Shown here piece after piece: positions 31,005 to 45,311 of a stretch of 64,000 nt of DNA; the first letter of the stretch is position 1, and each line of letters begins with the position of its first letter. The DNA is taken from the NCBI GenBank assembly GCA_965214605.1, contig OZ243961.1:1312001-1376000 (forward strand). The letters are read 5' to 3'. Made by a program: the position numbers and the translations under genes. Source of the stretch: an uncultured Candidatus Binatia bacterium. Its GTDB lineage: Bacteria; Desulfobacterota; Binatia; Bin18. Below the pieces are notes generated by a model. That model was not told the origin of the DNA, did not search any database, and was given only the letters and a program-made list of their open reading frames with translations.

Positions 31005-31295
31005 TTATGACGGGCTTCCCGACCCGTCCTGGTCCGGTGCTAGGGTGACAAGCGCCAGGGCGTGAATCATTCCACCCATCTCGTCAGCCAGCGCTGCATA
31101 GACCATGCGGTGCCGCTGCACCCGGGTTTTTCCGGTAAACAGCGGCGACACAATGCGCACCCGGTAGTGCCCGCCGCCCGAGGTCGCCCCTGCATGACCG
31201 GCGTGCAGGGCGCTCTCGTCTTCAACCGAGACTTCCAGCGTTTCAAGGTGGAGGCGGAGGAGCTGTTCGATTTTCTGCGCAGTGTTCATATTCAT
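31005..31295 (-). CDS. bolA: BolA family protein
   Basis: DESALHAGH, GGGHY, RVQRHRMVY, IHAL. Confidence 0.92.
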   Translation of the reverse strand: MNMNTAQKIEQLLRLHLETLEVSVEDESALHAGHAGATSGGGHYRVRIVSPLFTGKTRVQRHRMVYAALADEMGGMIHALALVTLAPDQDGSGSPS

Positions 31296-31305
31296 AGACG
31301 CCGGC

Positions 31306-32118
31306 TCAGGTATTCTGACGGCCCGTGATCGAAGGAAAAACCGGACGCCGGCGCTCCTGCAGGGCAGCCAGTCCCTCGCCGACATCTTTGCCAAAGAACC
31401 CCAGCATTTCCAGTGCCAGTGAGTAGTCAAAGGAGGTTGCGGCAGCATTGCGCAGCCACTGGTTCAAGGACAGCTTGGTCCAACGGATCGCCTGCTGGGC
31501 GCCGTTGGCCAGCTTTGTGGCCACCTCCATCGCCTTTGGCATCAGCTCGTCGTGGGGAACGACCATGCTGATCAAGCCGATCCGTTCGGCCTCTGTGGCA
31601 TCCAACATATCACAGGTCAGCAGGTAGTACTTGGCCTTGGCCATACCGATCAACAGGGGCCAAATCGCAGCCGCATGATCGCCGGCAGCCACGCCCAGTC
31701 TGGTGTGGCCATCGGTGAACTTGGCCTTTTCGGAGGCGATGCTGATGTCGGCCATCAGCGCTACCGCCAGCCCGGCACCAACCGCCACGCCGTTAATGGC
31801 CGAAATGATCGGCTTATTGCAGTTGATCATATTGTGGACAATGTCGCGGGCCTCTTTCATCGTCTGCGACACCACGTCGAGGTTGCCCATTGATTTTTCA
31901 ACAACCTCAAAATCTCCTCCGGCCGAGAAGGCGCGGCCGGCACCGGTAATCACGGCAACCCTGATGTCGTCATCCTCGGCAATATCAAGCCACACCTTGC
32001 TCAACTCGTAGTGCAAACGGAAATTTGTCGAGTTCAGCGTCTCGGGTCGGTTGATGGTCAGCTTGGCAATACCGTCCTTGATCTCAATCACCAGATGCTC
32101 ATATTTGCTGGAATCCAT
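31306..32118 (-). CDS. Enoyl-CoA hydratase/isomerase (crotonase) family protein
   Basis: LTINRP, AFSAGGD, AINGVAVGAG, LGVAAGDH. Confidence 0.92.
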   Translation of the reverse strand: MDSSKYEHLVIEIKDGIAKLTINRPETLNSTNFRLHYELSKVWLDIAEDDDIRVAVITGAGRAFSAGGDFEVVEKSMGNLDVVSQTMKEARDIVHNMINCNKPIISAINGVAVGAGLAVALMADISIASEKAKFTDGHTRLGVAAGDHAAAIWPLLIGMAKAKYYLLTCDMLDATEAERIGLISMVVPHDELMPKAMEVATKLANGAQQAIRWTKLSLNQWLRNAAATSFDYSLALEMLGFFGKDVGEGLAALQERRRPVFPSITGRQNT

Positions 32119-32188
32119 ACTCCTGCCTCCTTTCGATCATATCGCTAGACCGGTCCTCGTCTTGTGAGATCACCCCTATCTGGGTTGC

Positions 32189-34852
32189 CTAATGCGCCTC
32201 CGCCCAGCTGCGTCCCTGCCCGATCTCTACCTCAAGCGGCACCTCAAGCGCGGCGACCCCTTCCATGACCTCACGGACAAGGGGGAGTACCGTCTGGAGT
32301 TCCTCCTCGGGGACCTCGAACAGTAGTTCGTCGTGCACCTGCAGCAGCATGCGGGTGCCTGAGCCTTGTTGGCGGAGCCGCCGGTCGATCGTCACCATGG
32401 CGATCTTGATCAGGTCGGCGGCCGTACCCTGAATCGGGGTATTGATAGCAGCCCGTTCGGCAGCGCTGAGGACTTGACGGTCGGTGCTGCGCAGGTTCGG
32501 TACGTAACGCCGCCGCCCCTGCAAGGTCGTCACATAGCCGCGCTCTCGGGCGATATTCAGTACGCCGTCCATATAACCTTTAATCCCGTGGTAGCGAGCA
32601 AAATACTGGTCGATATAGCCTTGAGCGGTTTTAAACGGAATATTCAGCGAACGGCCCAGACGGTGCGCGCCCATGCCGTAGATAATACCAAAATTGATCG
32701 TCTTGGCCTGACGCCGCTGGTCCGCGGTGACTGTTTCAACCCCAAAGAGTTCAGCCGCCGTCCGGGCGTGCACGTCTTGTCTGCACCGAAAAGATTCCAC
32801 CAGGACCGGGTCGTGACTCAAGTGGGCTAGCAGCCGCAGCTCAATCTGAGAATAGTCAGCCGACACGAACACGCGGCCCGGTGCCGGAACAAAGGCAGCC
32901 CGGATACGGCGGCCCTCTTCACTCCGAATCGGGATGTTCTGCAGATTCGGCTTGCTCGACGACAGGCGCCCAGTCGCTGTGACCGTCTGGTTGAACGAGG
33001 TATGAATCCGCCCGGTTGTGGGGCGAATCAACTTCGGCAGGGCATCTACGTAGGTACTTTGCAGCTTGGCAAAGCCCCGATAGGACAGGATTTTGGCTGG
33101 CAGTGGATAATGCTCGGACAGCCCCTCTAGGACCGAAGAGTCGGTCGACGAGCCAGTCTTGGTTTTTTTGCCGCGTGGCAGACCTAACTTCTCAAACAGA
33201 ATGCGCTGGAGCTGCTGCGGAGAGGCGATATTAAACTCCTCACCGGCCATGTCGTATATTTCGTGTTCGAGCCGTCGGCGATGTTCGCTAAACTCGGTCG
33301 ACAGTTCGGCCAAAAAGTCATGGTCAACCAGAATACCGTTCAACTCCATGCGCGCTAAGACTAGGGCTAGGGGGACTTCGACCTCAGAGAATAGCTCCCC
33401 CATGCCCTCGTCGTGGAGGCGCGGAAACATCCGCTGGGCCAAGCGTAGAGTGATATCGGCGTCTTCGCCGGAATAGCTGGCCGCGGTATCAACCGCCACC
33501 TCGGCAAACCCTTTTTTGGCGCCGTTGGTCACTTCCTCATAGCGGGTCATACTGTAGCGCAGCTGATTCCAGGCCAGATCGTTCAGATTATGACGGGCGG
33601 CGGGATCGAGCAGATACGAGGCCAGCATAGTGTCCCCGGCCACGCGCCCGGGCCACAACCCATATTTGGCAAGGACCATGACGTCATATTTGAGATTCTG
33701 ACCGATGAGCGACAGCGACTCGTCTTCAAACAGACCACGGAGCGCTTCAAGCACGGTCTCGCGCGGCAGCTGGCACTCGGCCCCTTCTGCCGTATGGGCA
33801 ACGGGCACATACCAGGCCTGTTCTTCGTGTACCGACAGGGCGACCCCGACGAGGTCGGCGTCAAGCGGATCGAGGGCAGTCGTCTCGGTGTCCAGACAGT
33901 AGGTCTTGGCCACCCGGATCTGGCCCAGCACGTGTTGGAGCTGTTCTGCGGTCCGGACAATCTCATATCGACCCGCTTTAGCCTGTTCTTCATCCACAGA
34001 AAATTCCCAGCTGACGTCCAGATCTGAGAGAAAGCGGCGAAACTCAAACTCGCTAAACAGCTCCCGGAGACGGTCGACATCTGGCTCTTTGCGGATCAAG
34101 CTCCCCAACTCGACCTCAACCGGAACCTCACGACACAAGGTCACGAGTTCTTTAGACAGGCGGGCCAGCTCAACATTGTCGCGGATCTTGTGGCCCAGTT
34201 TCCCCTTGATGGCGTCACTATTGCTGAGAACGTTTTCGAGAGTGTGCCATTCGGCGATGAGTTTCATCGCGGTCTTGTGACCTACTCCAGGAATACCCGG
34301 AATGTTATCAGTAGCGTCCCCCATCAGGGCCTGCACATCAATCACCCGACTGGGCTCAACGCCGAATTTGGCCCGGACATCCTCGATTCCAATAGTTTGG
34401 TTCTTCATGGTATCGAGCATTGTCACCCGCTCAGACACGAGCTGCATCAGATCCTTATCACCAGAGACCAGGACAATCTCGGCTCCGTCTTGGTCCCAGC
34501 GGCCCGCCAGGGTGGCCAGAATATCATCCGCCTCGTAGCCAGCGAGCTCGATGGCCGGAATGCGGTAGGCCTCGACGACCTCTTTGATACGGGGGATTTG
34601 CTGCCGCAGCGCGTCAGGAATGGCCTGTCGGTTGGCCTTATAGTCGCTATAGCGCGCGTGCCGAAAATTCTTGCCCGGCGCATCAAAGATAATCGCCAGA
34701 TGGCTCGGGTCATAGGTGTCTCGGACCCGCTGGAGCATGTTTACAAAGCCAAAAATCGCATTGGTGGGAAAGCCGCTCGAATTGCTCAGCTCACGCACGG
34801 CGTAGAACGCTCGGTAGATGTATGACAGACCGTCGATCAGAAAAATCCGCAT
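32189..34852 (-). CDS. polA: DNA polymerase I
   Basis: LIDG..YRAFYA, DTETT exonuclease motif, ADYSQIELR, KTINFGIIYG, QVHDEL. Confidence 0.98.
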   Translation of the reverse strand: MRIFLIDGLSYIYRAFYAVRELSNSSGFPTNAIFGFVNMLQRVRDTYDPSHLAIIFDAPGKNFRHARYSDYKANRQAIPDALRQQIPRIKEVVEAYRIPAIELAGYEADDILATLAGRWDQDGAEIVLVSGDKDLMQLVSERVTMLDTMKNQTIGIEDVRAKFGVEPSRVIDVQALMGDATDNIPGIPGVGHKTAMKLIAEWHTLENVLSNSDAIKGKLGHKIRDNVELARLSKELVTLCREVPVEVELGSLIRKEPDVDRLRELFSEFEFRRFLSDLDVSWEFSVDEEQAKAGRYEIVRTAEQLQHVLGQIRVAKTYCLDTETTALDPLDADLVGVALSVHEEQAWYVPVAHTAEGAECQLPRETVLEALRGLFEDESLSLIGQNLKYDVMVLAKYGLWPGRVAGDTMLASYLLDPAARHNLNDLAWNQLRYSMTRYEEVTNGAKKGFAEVAVDTAASYSGEDADITLRLAQRMFPRLHDEGMGELFSEVEVPLALVLARMELNGILVDHDFLAELSTEFSEHRRRLEHEIYDMAGEEFNIASPQQLQRILFEKLGLPRGKKTKTGSSTDSSVLEGLSEHYPLPAKILSYRGFAKLQSTYVDALPKLIRPTTGRIHTSFNQTVTATGRLSSSKPNLQNIPIRSEEGRRIRAAFVPAPGRVFVSADYSQIELRLLAHLSHDPVLVESFRCRQDVHARTAAELFGVETVTADQRRQAKTINFGIIYGMGAHRLGRSLNIPFKTAQGYIDQYFARYHGIKGYMDGVLNIARERGYVTTLQGRRRYVPNLRSTDRQVLSAAERAAINTPIQGTAADLIKIAMVTIDRRLRQQGSGTRMLLQVHDELLFEVPEEELQTVLPLVREVMEGVAALEVPLEVEIGQGRSWAEAH

Positions 34853-34972
34853 TGGTTCATCTGTCCTCGGCAGAAAGGAGAACAATGAGAATCGCCCCAT
34901 TAGGAAGAGATTATTGTTCTCCTTTTGTGGCAGGACACTCGCGCAGCGTCAAGCGAGCCGGCTTGTCATCAG

Positions 34973-35006
34973 CCAAAAAAAGTCCCTGGCTGGTCAGGGA
35001 CTTTGG
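34973..35006 (-). terminator. Intrinsic terminator after tRNA-Gly
   Basis: Minus strand aaagtccctgac-ca-gccagggactttttttt. Confidence 0.8.
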
Positions 35007-35010
35007 AGAG

Positions 35011-35084
35011 AGCGGGTGACCGGCTTCGAACCGGCGACTTCGACCTTGGCAAGGTCGCGCTCTAGCCAGCTGAGCTACACCCGC
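35011..35084 (-). tRNA. tRNA-Gly(GCC), CCA not encoded
   Basis: Reverse complement GCGGGTGTAGCTCAGCTGGCTAGAGCGCGACCTTGCCAAGGTCGAAGTCGCCGGTTCGAAGCCGGTCACCCGCT. Confidence 0.97.
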
Positions 35085-35097
35085 GTATCGTCACACA

Positions 35098-35127
35098 AAC
35101 ATACACCATACAATGGCGAAGTGTCAA
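35098..35127 (-). promoter_or_regulatory. tRNA-Gly promoter
   Basis: TTGACA-18-TATGTT immediately after the ligA stop. Confidence 0.6.
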
Positions 35128-35130
35128 CGC

Positions 35131-38285
<3,155 letters not shown>

Positions 38286-38293
<8 letters not shown>

Positions 38294-39161
38294 GATAGCG
38301 CTTGGTGAGATTGGTGTAGGCATCGATCCGTCGATCGCGCAGAAACGGCCATTCCTGGCGCACCGTATCAATGCGACTGAGGTCACACGAGACCAGGACG
38401 GTCTCTTCGCGGTCGGTTCCGGCACTGGTCAGCAGGCGGCCAAAAGGATCGCTCACAAAAGATGAGCCCCAAAACTGAAGCCCGCCCTCTGTCCCAACTC
38501 GGTTCACCGTCGCAACAAAGACGCCGTTGGCAACCGCGTGGCCACGCTGGATTGTCTCCCAGGCGTCACGCTGAGCTTGGCGTTCTTCGGCTCGTTCGGC
38601 GTGGTGCCAACCAATAGCCGTCGGATAGAACAGCAGCTGGGCCCCGCTCAGCGTGGTCAGGCGAGCACCCTCGGGAAACCACTGATCCCAGCAGATTAAG
38701 ACACCGATCCGGGCGTAGCGGGTTGCAAACGTCCGAAACCCCAGATCGCCCGGTGTGAAATAGAATTTTTCATAGTACAGGGGATCGTCCGGAATATGCA
38801 TCTTGCGATAGGTGCCGAGCAAACTCCCGTCGGCATCAATCACGGCCACCGAGTTGTGGAATAAGCCCGCTGCCCGCTTCTCGAAAATCGGCACAATCAA
38901 CACCACCTGACGGGCACGCGCCACACGGCTGAGCGTTTCGGTTGTCGGCCCAGGAATTGGTTCGGCCAGCCGAAACCAGCCGTTCTCTTCTCGCTGACAA
39001 AAATAGACCGAACAGAAGAGCTCTTGGAGACACACAATCTGGGCCCCGCGCTGGGCGGTCGCCTCGATGCGTTGTATGGCTTTGCTGAGGTTTGCGCTGG
39101 GCTCGTCCCCGCACGTCATCTGGACCAAGCCGATACGGACGGTGGCCGAGCGGATATCCAT
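38286..39161 (-). CDS. aguB: N-carbamoylputrescine amidase (nitrilase family)
   Basis: CLQELF, YRKMHIPDDP, ICWDQWFPE, FLRDRR. Confidence 0.92.
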
Positions 39162-39492
39162 GGCTTGCATTATACGGAACCAGCCCAGCGGGCTCAATGT
39201 GGGACGCTCCGAAAGACAGCGGCTTGAGGCCTGGGGTTTTCTTGACAGCTATCAACAAAAACGGTAGGGGTAGCAGCTCCTTACAGCAGCACGAGGTGGA
39301 CCGCCTGCCTTGAAGACACACACACGACGGACCGCATCTTCGGGCCGGCCCCGAGCGAAAGGACTGCCCGGGACTTTCCTTGCCACCCTTCTCGCCCCAT
39401 CCTCTCGTGCCCAAACGACCATCGGGCACTACGCATCCTGATCGTCTCCCCGATAGTGTAGAGATAAGAGGTTCATGTAAGGAAGTGTTGCC

Positions 39493-41490
39493 ATGAGAGC
39501 GCTAAAAGAGGGTGCCCGTGATACTACTCAATTGGGACATTTTTCAGCCTCCCAGATGGCAAGTCTGCGAGGCACGACAGACCTCCCTCCAATTCCCTCT
39601 GCCGTCCAGGAGATGGTCGAGGAAAACCTTGCCCGGTATGGAATAGATAACTGGGGTGGAGAATATTTCTCGGTCAACCGTAAGGGATACGTCACCCTGA
39701 CCTTTGACCAACGCCACCCGGTAGCCGTCATCCAGATTGTGGACGAGCTGCGTCAGCGTGGTCTGTCACCCCCACTCATCCTGCGCTTCCCCCAGATCCT
39801 GGACGGCCAGATTGAGAAACTCGTCGCCGCCTTTCGTGCTGCAATCGAAGAGTTTGACTACAACGGCGGCTATATTCCAGCCTATCCGCTTAAGGCCAAT
39901 CAAAAAAAAGAGGTTGTCCAGGAGATCGTTCGCTATGGCCAGCGCTACGATTTAGGTATTGAGGTGGGCAGCAAAGCCGAACTGACCCTAGCCTTGGCCC
40001 TGAGCGATAATCCAGAGGCGCCAATCATCTGCAACGGGGTCAAAGATGAGGCCTATCTCAGTCTCGCTCTGCGCAGCAGACAGATCGGACGGAAGGTCTT
40101 TATTGTTTTAGAAACGCTCTTTGAACTGAGGTTGCTGATTGAGCTGAGCCAGCGCCTGAGCATTCGTCCCCGGATCGGCCTACGGCTCAAACTGTCGGCG
40201 CGCGGCAGCGGCAAATGGGAGAAGTCGAGCGGCGACTTATCCAAGTTTGGCTTCACCACCACCGATCTGCTCAAAGGTCTCACATATCTCAACAGAGCCA
40301 ATCTCGGCGACTGTCTCCAATTGCTGCATTTTCATATCGGTTCGCAAGTGACCGATATCAAGCGCATTAAGTATGCGGTCAAAGAGGCGGCGCGAACCTA
40401 CGCCAAGCTGCGCAAAATGTGCCCCCAGCTCGCCTACCTCGATGTTGGCGGTGGCCTTGGCATTGACTACGATGGCTCGCGTACAGCTTCAGAGTCAAGC
40501 GTTAACTACTCTGTCCAGGAGTACGCCAACGATATCATCTATTCGGTCAAAGAAGTGTGCGACAGTGAGGAGGTGCATGAGCCGATTATCCTCACCGAAA
40601 ATGGTCGGATGATCGCCGCCCCCCACGCCTTGCTCGTCTTTAATATTATCAACGAGTTGACCCTGTTGAACGGTCCAATTCACGTGCCTAAGCCCGATAG
40701 CCACCCGCAGGTCATTCAGGAAATGTATGATATCTATACCGAGATCAATGCAAAGAACTACCGGGAGTATTACCACGACGTGATCGAACAGCGGGACGAA
40801 ATGTTCTCGCTGTTCAATCTAGGCTATTTATCCTTAGAAGATCGTGGACTTGGTCAGGAGCTGTTCTGGGGAGTATGTGAGCGAGCGCTGAAGTTTGCTA
40901 AACTGGCCAAGCATATGCCCGAAGAGTTTGAAGACCTAGAGCGCCGCCTCGCCCACAAATTCATCTGTAATTTCTCCGTCTTCCAGTCTATTCCAGACTC
41001 GTGGGCCGTCGGCCAGCTGTTTCCCATTATGCCGCTGCACCGGCTGGCCGAGATGCCTGAACATAAGGGCTATTTGGCGGATTTGACGTGTGATTCAGAC
41101 GGGAAGGTCGATAATTTTGTCGATCTGCGGGCTATCAAAGACGCGCTTGAACTCCATCCCACTAACGGCCAGCCCTACTATCTGGGCGTCTTTCTTACCG
41201 GAGCCTATCAAGATGTGCTGGGCGATTACCACAATCTGTTTGGCCACGTCCACGACGCGTCGGTTGTGATTGATGAGCATGGCCAGTCTCACATTACCAC
41301 GATTATGCCCGGCCAGAAGATCGAGAGTGTGCTCAGAGTGTTTGGTTATAAACGCCAAGAGCTGCTCCAAGGATTTCGGCACCAGCTTAGGGCAAGTGCA
41401 GAGCCCATCGCACCGGAATGGCGTGACCGGCTGATTCAGGAGTTCGAAGCCGCTCTCGAAAGCTATCCCTATCTGACACTGGAGGACTGA
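39493..41490 (+). CDS. speA: Biosynthetic arginine decarboxylase
   Basis: YPLKANQ (PLP Lys), HFHIGSQ, TCDSDG, HNLFG. Confidence 0.96.
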   Translation: MRALKEGARDTTQLGHFSASQMASLRGTTDLPPIPSAVQEMVEENLARYGIDNWGGEYFSVNRKGYVTLTFDQRHPVAVIQIVDELRQRGLSPPLILRFPQILDGQIEKLVAAFRAAIEEFDYNGGYIPAYPLKANQKKEVVQEIVRYGQRYDLGIEVGSKAELTLALALSDNPEAPIICNGVKDEAYLSLALRSRQIGRKVFIVLETLFELRLLIELSQRLSIRPRIGLRLKLSARGSGKWEKSSGDLSKFGFTTTDLLKGLTYLNRANLGDCLQLLHFHIGSQVTDIKRIKYAVKEAARTYAKLRKMCPQLAYLDVGGGLGIDYDGSRTASESSVNYSVQEYANDIIYSVKEVCDSEEVHEPIILTENGRMIAAPHALLVFNIINELTLLNGPIHVPKPDSHPQVIQEMYDIYTEINAKNYREYYHDVIEQRDEMFSLFNLGYLSLEDRGLGQELFWGVCERALKFAKLAKHMPEEFEDLERRLAHKFICNFSVFQSIPDSWAVGQLFPIMPLHRLAEMPEHKGYLADLTCDSDGKVDNFVDLRAIKDALELHPTNGQPYYLGVFLTGAYQDVLGDYHNLFGHVHDASVVIDEHGQSHITTIMPGQKIESVLRVFGYKRQELLQGFRHQLRASAEPIAPEWRDRLIQEFEAALESYPYLTLED

Positions 41491-41498
41491 GAGCGGCC

Positions 41499-42482
41499 AT
41501 GGCCCATATTCTCGACGCGGCCGATCCGGCCGCGGTTCTGCAGGCGGCCGCGCTGGTACGAACTGGCGGCCTTGTCGCCTTTCCAACCGAAACTGTCTAC
41601 GGCCTTGGGGCCGACGCGCTCAATGAGCGTGCGGTGGCTCAGGTCTTTGCGGTGAAACAGCGCCCTGAGTTTGATCCGCTGATTGTGCATATTGAGGACA
41701 GCAGTGCCGTCCCTCGATACGCCTCCCGCATCGACGACCGGGCTAGGGATCTTATGGGACGCTTCTGGCCCGGTCCGCTCACCCTCGTGTTGCCCAAACG
41801 GCCTGTTATTCCGGACCTGGTCACGGCTGGGCTGGGGACGGTCGGGCTGCGCATGCCGTCCCATCCTGTCGCTCTCAGCCTATTGCGGGAGGCTGGTACG
41901 CCGATTGCCGCTCCGAGTGCCAACCCGTTTGGCTATGTCAGCCCAACCACAGCCCGACATGTGCAGGAGACATTAGGACAGACACTTGCGCTGATTCTGG
42001 ACGGCGGGCCGTGCCCGGTGGGGCTTGAGTCCACGGTGTGTGCGCTAACCGATAAAGAAGCGGTCGTGTTGCGTCCGGGCGGAGTGAGTGTGGAGGATAT
42101 TGAAGATGTCATCGGGCCGGTCTGTCTCCCCTCTTCAGGCGATCCCGACCCACGCTCGCCAGGCACTCTGCCGCATCACTACGCGCCGCGCGTTCCGATT
42201 ACCCTGCTCGCCCTCGGCCAGGCCATCCCTCAGCCGTCTCCTCAGGAACGGGTCGGCCTGTTAACCTTCATGCACAGACCAGCGGCAGACGCCTACACGT
42301 GTCAGGCTGCTTTATCGGCCGGAGGCAATCTGGTCGAAGCCGCCACACATCTGTTTGCCACCTTGCACCATTTTGACCGTCTGAACCTCGACAGATTGGT
42401 GGTCGAGGCTGTCCCCGAGCGAGGGATCGGCCGGGCGATTATGGATCGCCTGCGCCGCGCGGCCGCACTCAGTTCGGATTGA
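41499..42482 (+). CDS. sua5: Threonylcarbamoyl-AMP synthase, Sua5 type
   Basis: FPTETVYGLGA, WPGPLT, APSAN, PG..HYAP linker, AIMDRLRRA. Confidence 0.95.
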   Translation: MAHILDAADPAAVLQAAALVRTGGLVAFPTETVYGLGADALNERAVAQVFAVKQRPEFDPLIVHIEDSSAVPRYASRIDDRARDLMGRFWPGPLTLVLPKRPVIPDLVTAGLGTVGLRMPSHPVALSLLREAGTPIAAPSANPFGYVSPTTARHVQETLGQTLALILDGGPCPVGLESTVCALTDKEAVVLRPGGVSVEDIEDVIGPVCLPSSGDPDPRSPGTLPHHYAPRVPITLLALGQAIPQPSPQERVGLLTFMHRPAADAYTCQAALSAGGNLVEAATHLFATLHHFDRLNLDRLVVEAVPERGIGRAIMDRLRRAAALSSD

Positions 42483-42570
42483 AGAAGCCCACTTCTCATA
42501 GCACGAGTGGTATGAGATCAACGAGTCCTTGCCACAGCGTTCAAAGACAGGAGAAGGATCCGATTCAGCA

Positions 42571-42977
42571 TACCATCGCCCTCTCAAGATAGACCTCAAA
42601 GACCATCAAACCGCCTTTGTGTGGGGTACGCGGAAGCGAGGATACACCACATTGATGAACTTGAGCCCATTCTGACTTCTAGACTTGTGCTGCAGCACGA
42701 CGCCTCCCAAAAGCCCGAGCGCAGCCTACAGACCTAGAGGGCCGATTATCTGGAGCAGGAGATCTGGGCTGAGGCGCCGACGCGCAGTGTTCTTGCGTTT
42801 GCTGAATTTCTTCAAGCGGTGACCTACGGCCAGCTGCTGAATTATGCAAATATCGCCCAAGCCTGTGGGGTGAGAAGAAGAATGGTTTGGAAATACTCCC
42901 AGATTCTTGGCAATAGGCTGCTCGGCTGTAGCCCAGGGCCAGGGCGGAAACGTAAAAATCGCCGTCTCATTGAATCA
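42571..42977 (+). pseudogene. Eroded AAA_14/DUF4143 ATPase remnant
   Basis: YHRPLKIDLKDHQTAFVWGTRKRG (decayed Walker A), large internal gap, then ERSLQT*RADYLEQEIWAEA...FAEFL...GQLLNYANIAQACGV...YSQIL. Confidence 0.65.
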
Positions 42978-43227
42978 TTGAGACAGCCAAATTCTCTTTA
43001 TTCAACCCGGAGGTTGCGGGCGCGCCTTGTCCGGTACGCGCCGTATCTCACATGGCAGTGGAGAGTTTGGCCGCGCGTTTGAGCATTCCCATCTGAGCTA
43101 TACAGAGCCATATTGACCCCTTATTGACGGACTCATAGCGGTCTAGAAATTAAGTCTGCTTACTAGAGACCTCGATGTGGCGATTGAACAAAAGGCCGTC
43201 CACAAAGAGGACGAGCACCGCGCAAAG

Positions 43228-44070
43228 CGCGCGAGGTTCGTGGTGATGCCGTTGCCGGGGAAGACGACGACGCCCTTGGGCAGGAGGTTGAGCAGTTCGT
43301 CGTTGCGCCGGAACGGTGCGGTCCGTCCGTGGCGGTCCCAGTCCGGCTTGCATACCACCTGATGGACGCCGCGCTGCTCAGCCCACTTGCGGCGATGCGC
43401 TCGACGCCGGGTCCGCCGCCGTGCGCGAGGACGAGCGGCGTATTTCACGCGCCTTGTCGAGGCTTTCGAAGACGGCGCCGGCGTCCCTACCGCCACCGTT
43501 TTTGTTGATATCTGTGGCGATGGCGACCAGCGTTCCCTGAGGCGGGTGGGCCTTCATTTCGCGGTCCTTCCTCGCGCGCTGGAAGTCGCGTGCTTCGATG
43601 GCGACGGAGGTAAGCGCGCCGGTCTGGCTGATGTGGCTGCCGCGTCTCGGGCGCCAGACCTCGTCGGTCTCGGCGCGGGAGGCCGCGGCGTCGCGCATCT
43701 GCTCGAAGGCGTCGCGGCGGTCGCCGAGGTTGCGGGCGCGGTCGGTGACGAGTTCGCGGTTGTGCGCCTTGACCTCGCTGCCGTCCTGGGTGCGCAGCTC
43801 GGAGGTGAGCCTGTCGATGCCGCGGCCGAGCCGGCGGACTTGGGCGTCGAAGGCATTGACGATACCCCAGAGGATGTGTTTGCGCTCGTCGGCGAGCTGG
43901 GAAGCCGTCGGGGGCGACGCCTTCTGCAAGGATGCGGAAGACGTCGGTTACGGCGTCGTCTTCTTCCAGACCTCGCGGGGGTCGAACTCGCCGCGCTCGG
44001 AGGTTGCGCCGTAGAGTGCGGCGTTCTCGCAGATGACGGCGGTCGGGGATTGTGTCTGCTGGGTGTCGAT
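43228..44070 (-). pseudogene. DUF2493/YspA-SLOG protein remnant of plasmid/ICE type
   Basis: Frameshifted pieces ALYG...DPRE / LWGIVNAF...RRDAFE...WRPRRGS...LTSVAIEARDF / KPDWDRHGRTAPFRRND..L...GVVVFPGNGITTNL; visibly higher GC than the flanks. Confidence 0.7.
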
Positions 44071-44265
44071 GTGATCGATTATACTATTGAGAGAAAATAA
44101 TAATTTTTCCAACAGAACATACTGCCACGACTTTACTAATGCGACCTACTTGGCCGACCTCTTCTGTCCAGTTGCCGCGTCTCATTTTGTGAAGGACCAT
44201 TCTTATGCTTGAAGAGTCAGACTGATCGGTGCACAGTATATCGGTCGAAAAAAAGGAGGAAGCGT

Positions 44266-45123
44266 ATGGACTTTGAAACCCTAGCGACCGGCTATGGCTT
44301 GCTTGAGGGACCCCGCACCGATGAGCAGAACCGGCTGTACTTCAGCGATGTCCGCGGGGGCGGTGTCTTCCGCCGTAGTCCAGACGGGCGGATTGAAACG
44401 CTGATCTCGCAAGATCGGAAGTCGGTGGGCGGCATTGCTCTGAACGAGGGCGGCGGTCTACTTGTCACCGGCCCGTCGCTAGCCCAGTGGGATGAGCAGA
44501 CCGGCCAGATCAGAGACATCTTCAGCCAATGGGACGGGAAGCCGCTGTTTGGTCTGAACGATCTGACAATCGACGATCAGGGGAGCATTTGGGTCGGTTC
44601 GTTCGGCTGCGACATCAACAAGTTTGATTTTAAGAGCGCCCCACCGCCGGGGTCCTTGTTTCGAGTCGATCCATCGGGACAAGTGACACATCTGTGGGAA
44701 GGGGTTGAGGTCACAAACGGACTTGGCTTTACGGCAGATCGTCAGCTGCTCTACCACTGCGATTCCACTACCCGCGCGGTGTGGGTATATGAAGTGCGCA
44801 CCGACCGAACGGTCAGCGACCGCCAGCTGTTTGCCAAGCTCCCCGAGGGGATGCCTGACGGTATGACGGTCGATGTCGAGGGCGGTGTGTGGGTGGCGGT
44901 TGTGGCCGGCTCGGGTGAGGTGGTGCGGTTTAAGCCGGCTGGGACCCTTGACCGACGGATCACCATCCCCGCCAAAACAATCACGAGCGTGGCCTTCGGC
45001 GGTCCTGATATGTGTGACCTGTACGTTGTCACTGCCAACAACGATACGCGAGATTTGAAGGGAACGGTATTCCGAACCCGTTCGGACATTCCCGGTTTGC
45101 CAGTGCCCAAGGCGAGATTTTGA
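44266..45123 (+). CDS. SMP-30/gluconolactonase family protein
   Basis: AGGAGG RBS; LEGP, LNDL, NGL, PDGM metal-ligand motifs; FGGPD. Confidence 0.92.
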   Translation: MDFETLATGYGLLEGPRTDEQNRLYFSDVRGGGVFRRSPDGRIETLISQDRKSVGGIALNEGGGLLVTGPSLAQWDEQTGQIRDIFSQWDGKPLFGLNDLTIDDQGSIWVGSFGCDINKFDFKSAPPPGSLFRVDPSGQVTHLWEGVEVTNGLGFTADRQLLYHCDSTTRAVWVYEVRTDRTVSDRQLFAKLPEGMPDGMTVDVEGGVWVAVVAGSGEVVRFKPAGTLDRRITIPAKTITSVAFGGPDMCDLYVVTANNDTRDLKGTVFRTRSDIPGLPVPKARF

Positions 45124-45311
45124 TCTCCTTATTCTTCGGCAGTACTCGTCAGCCCACAGTAACGTCTGCGTCACTGAGACGGCTAGAACATGTCCAGGCT
45201 AGCTTTGCGGGAAGACCTAGCTTCTCCTTACCATACCTCACACCGGTACGGTGAACTTTTATCTCTGTTGGTGCGATCTTCTCGGGAGTCCCCGTGCGTT
45301 TCGCACCAAAG

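Noticed and set aside
43387-44100. 237-aa plus-strand ORF
   Set aside because: Antisense shadow of the high-GC DUF2493 remnant; no protein-like motifs.
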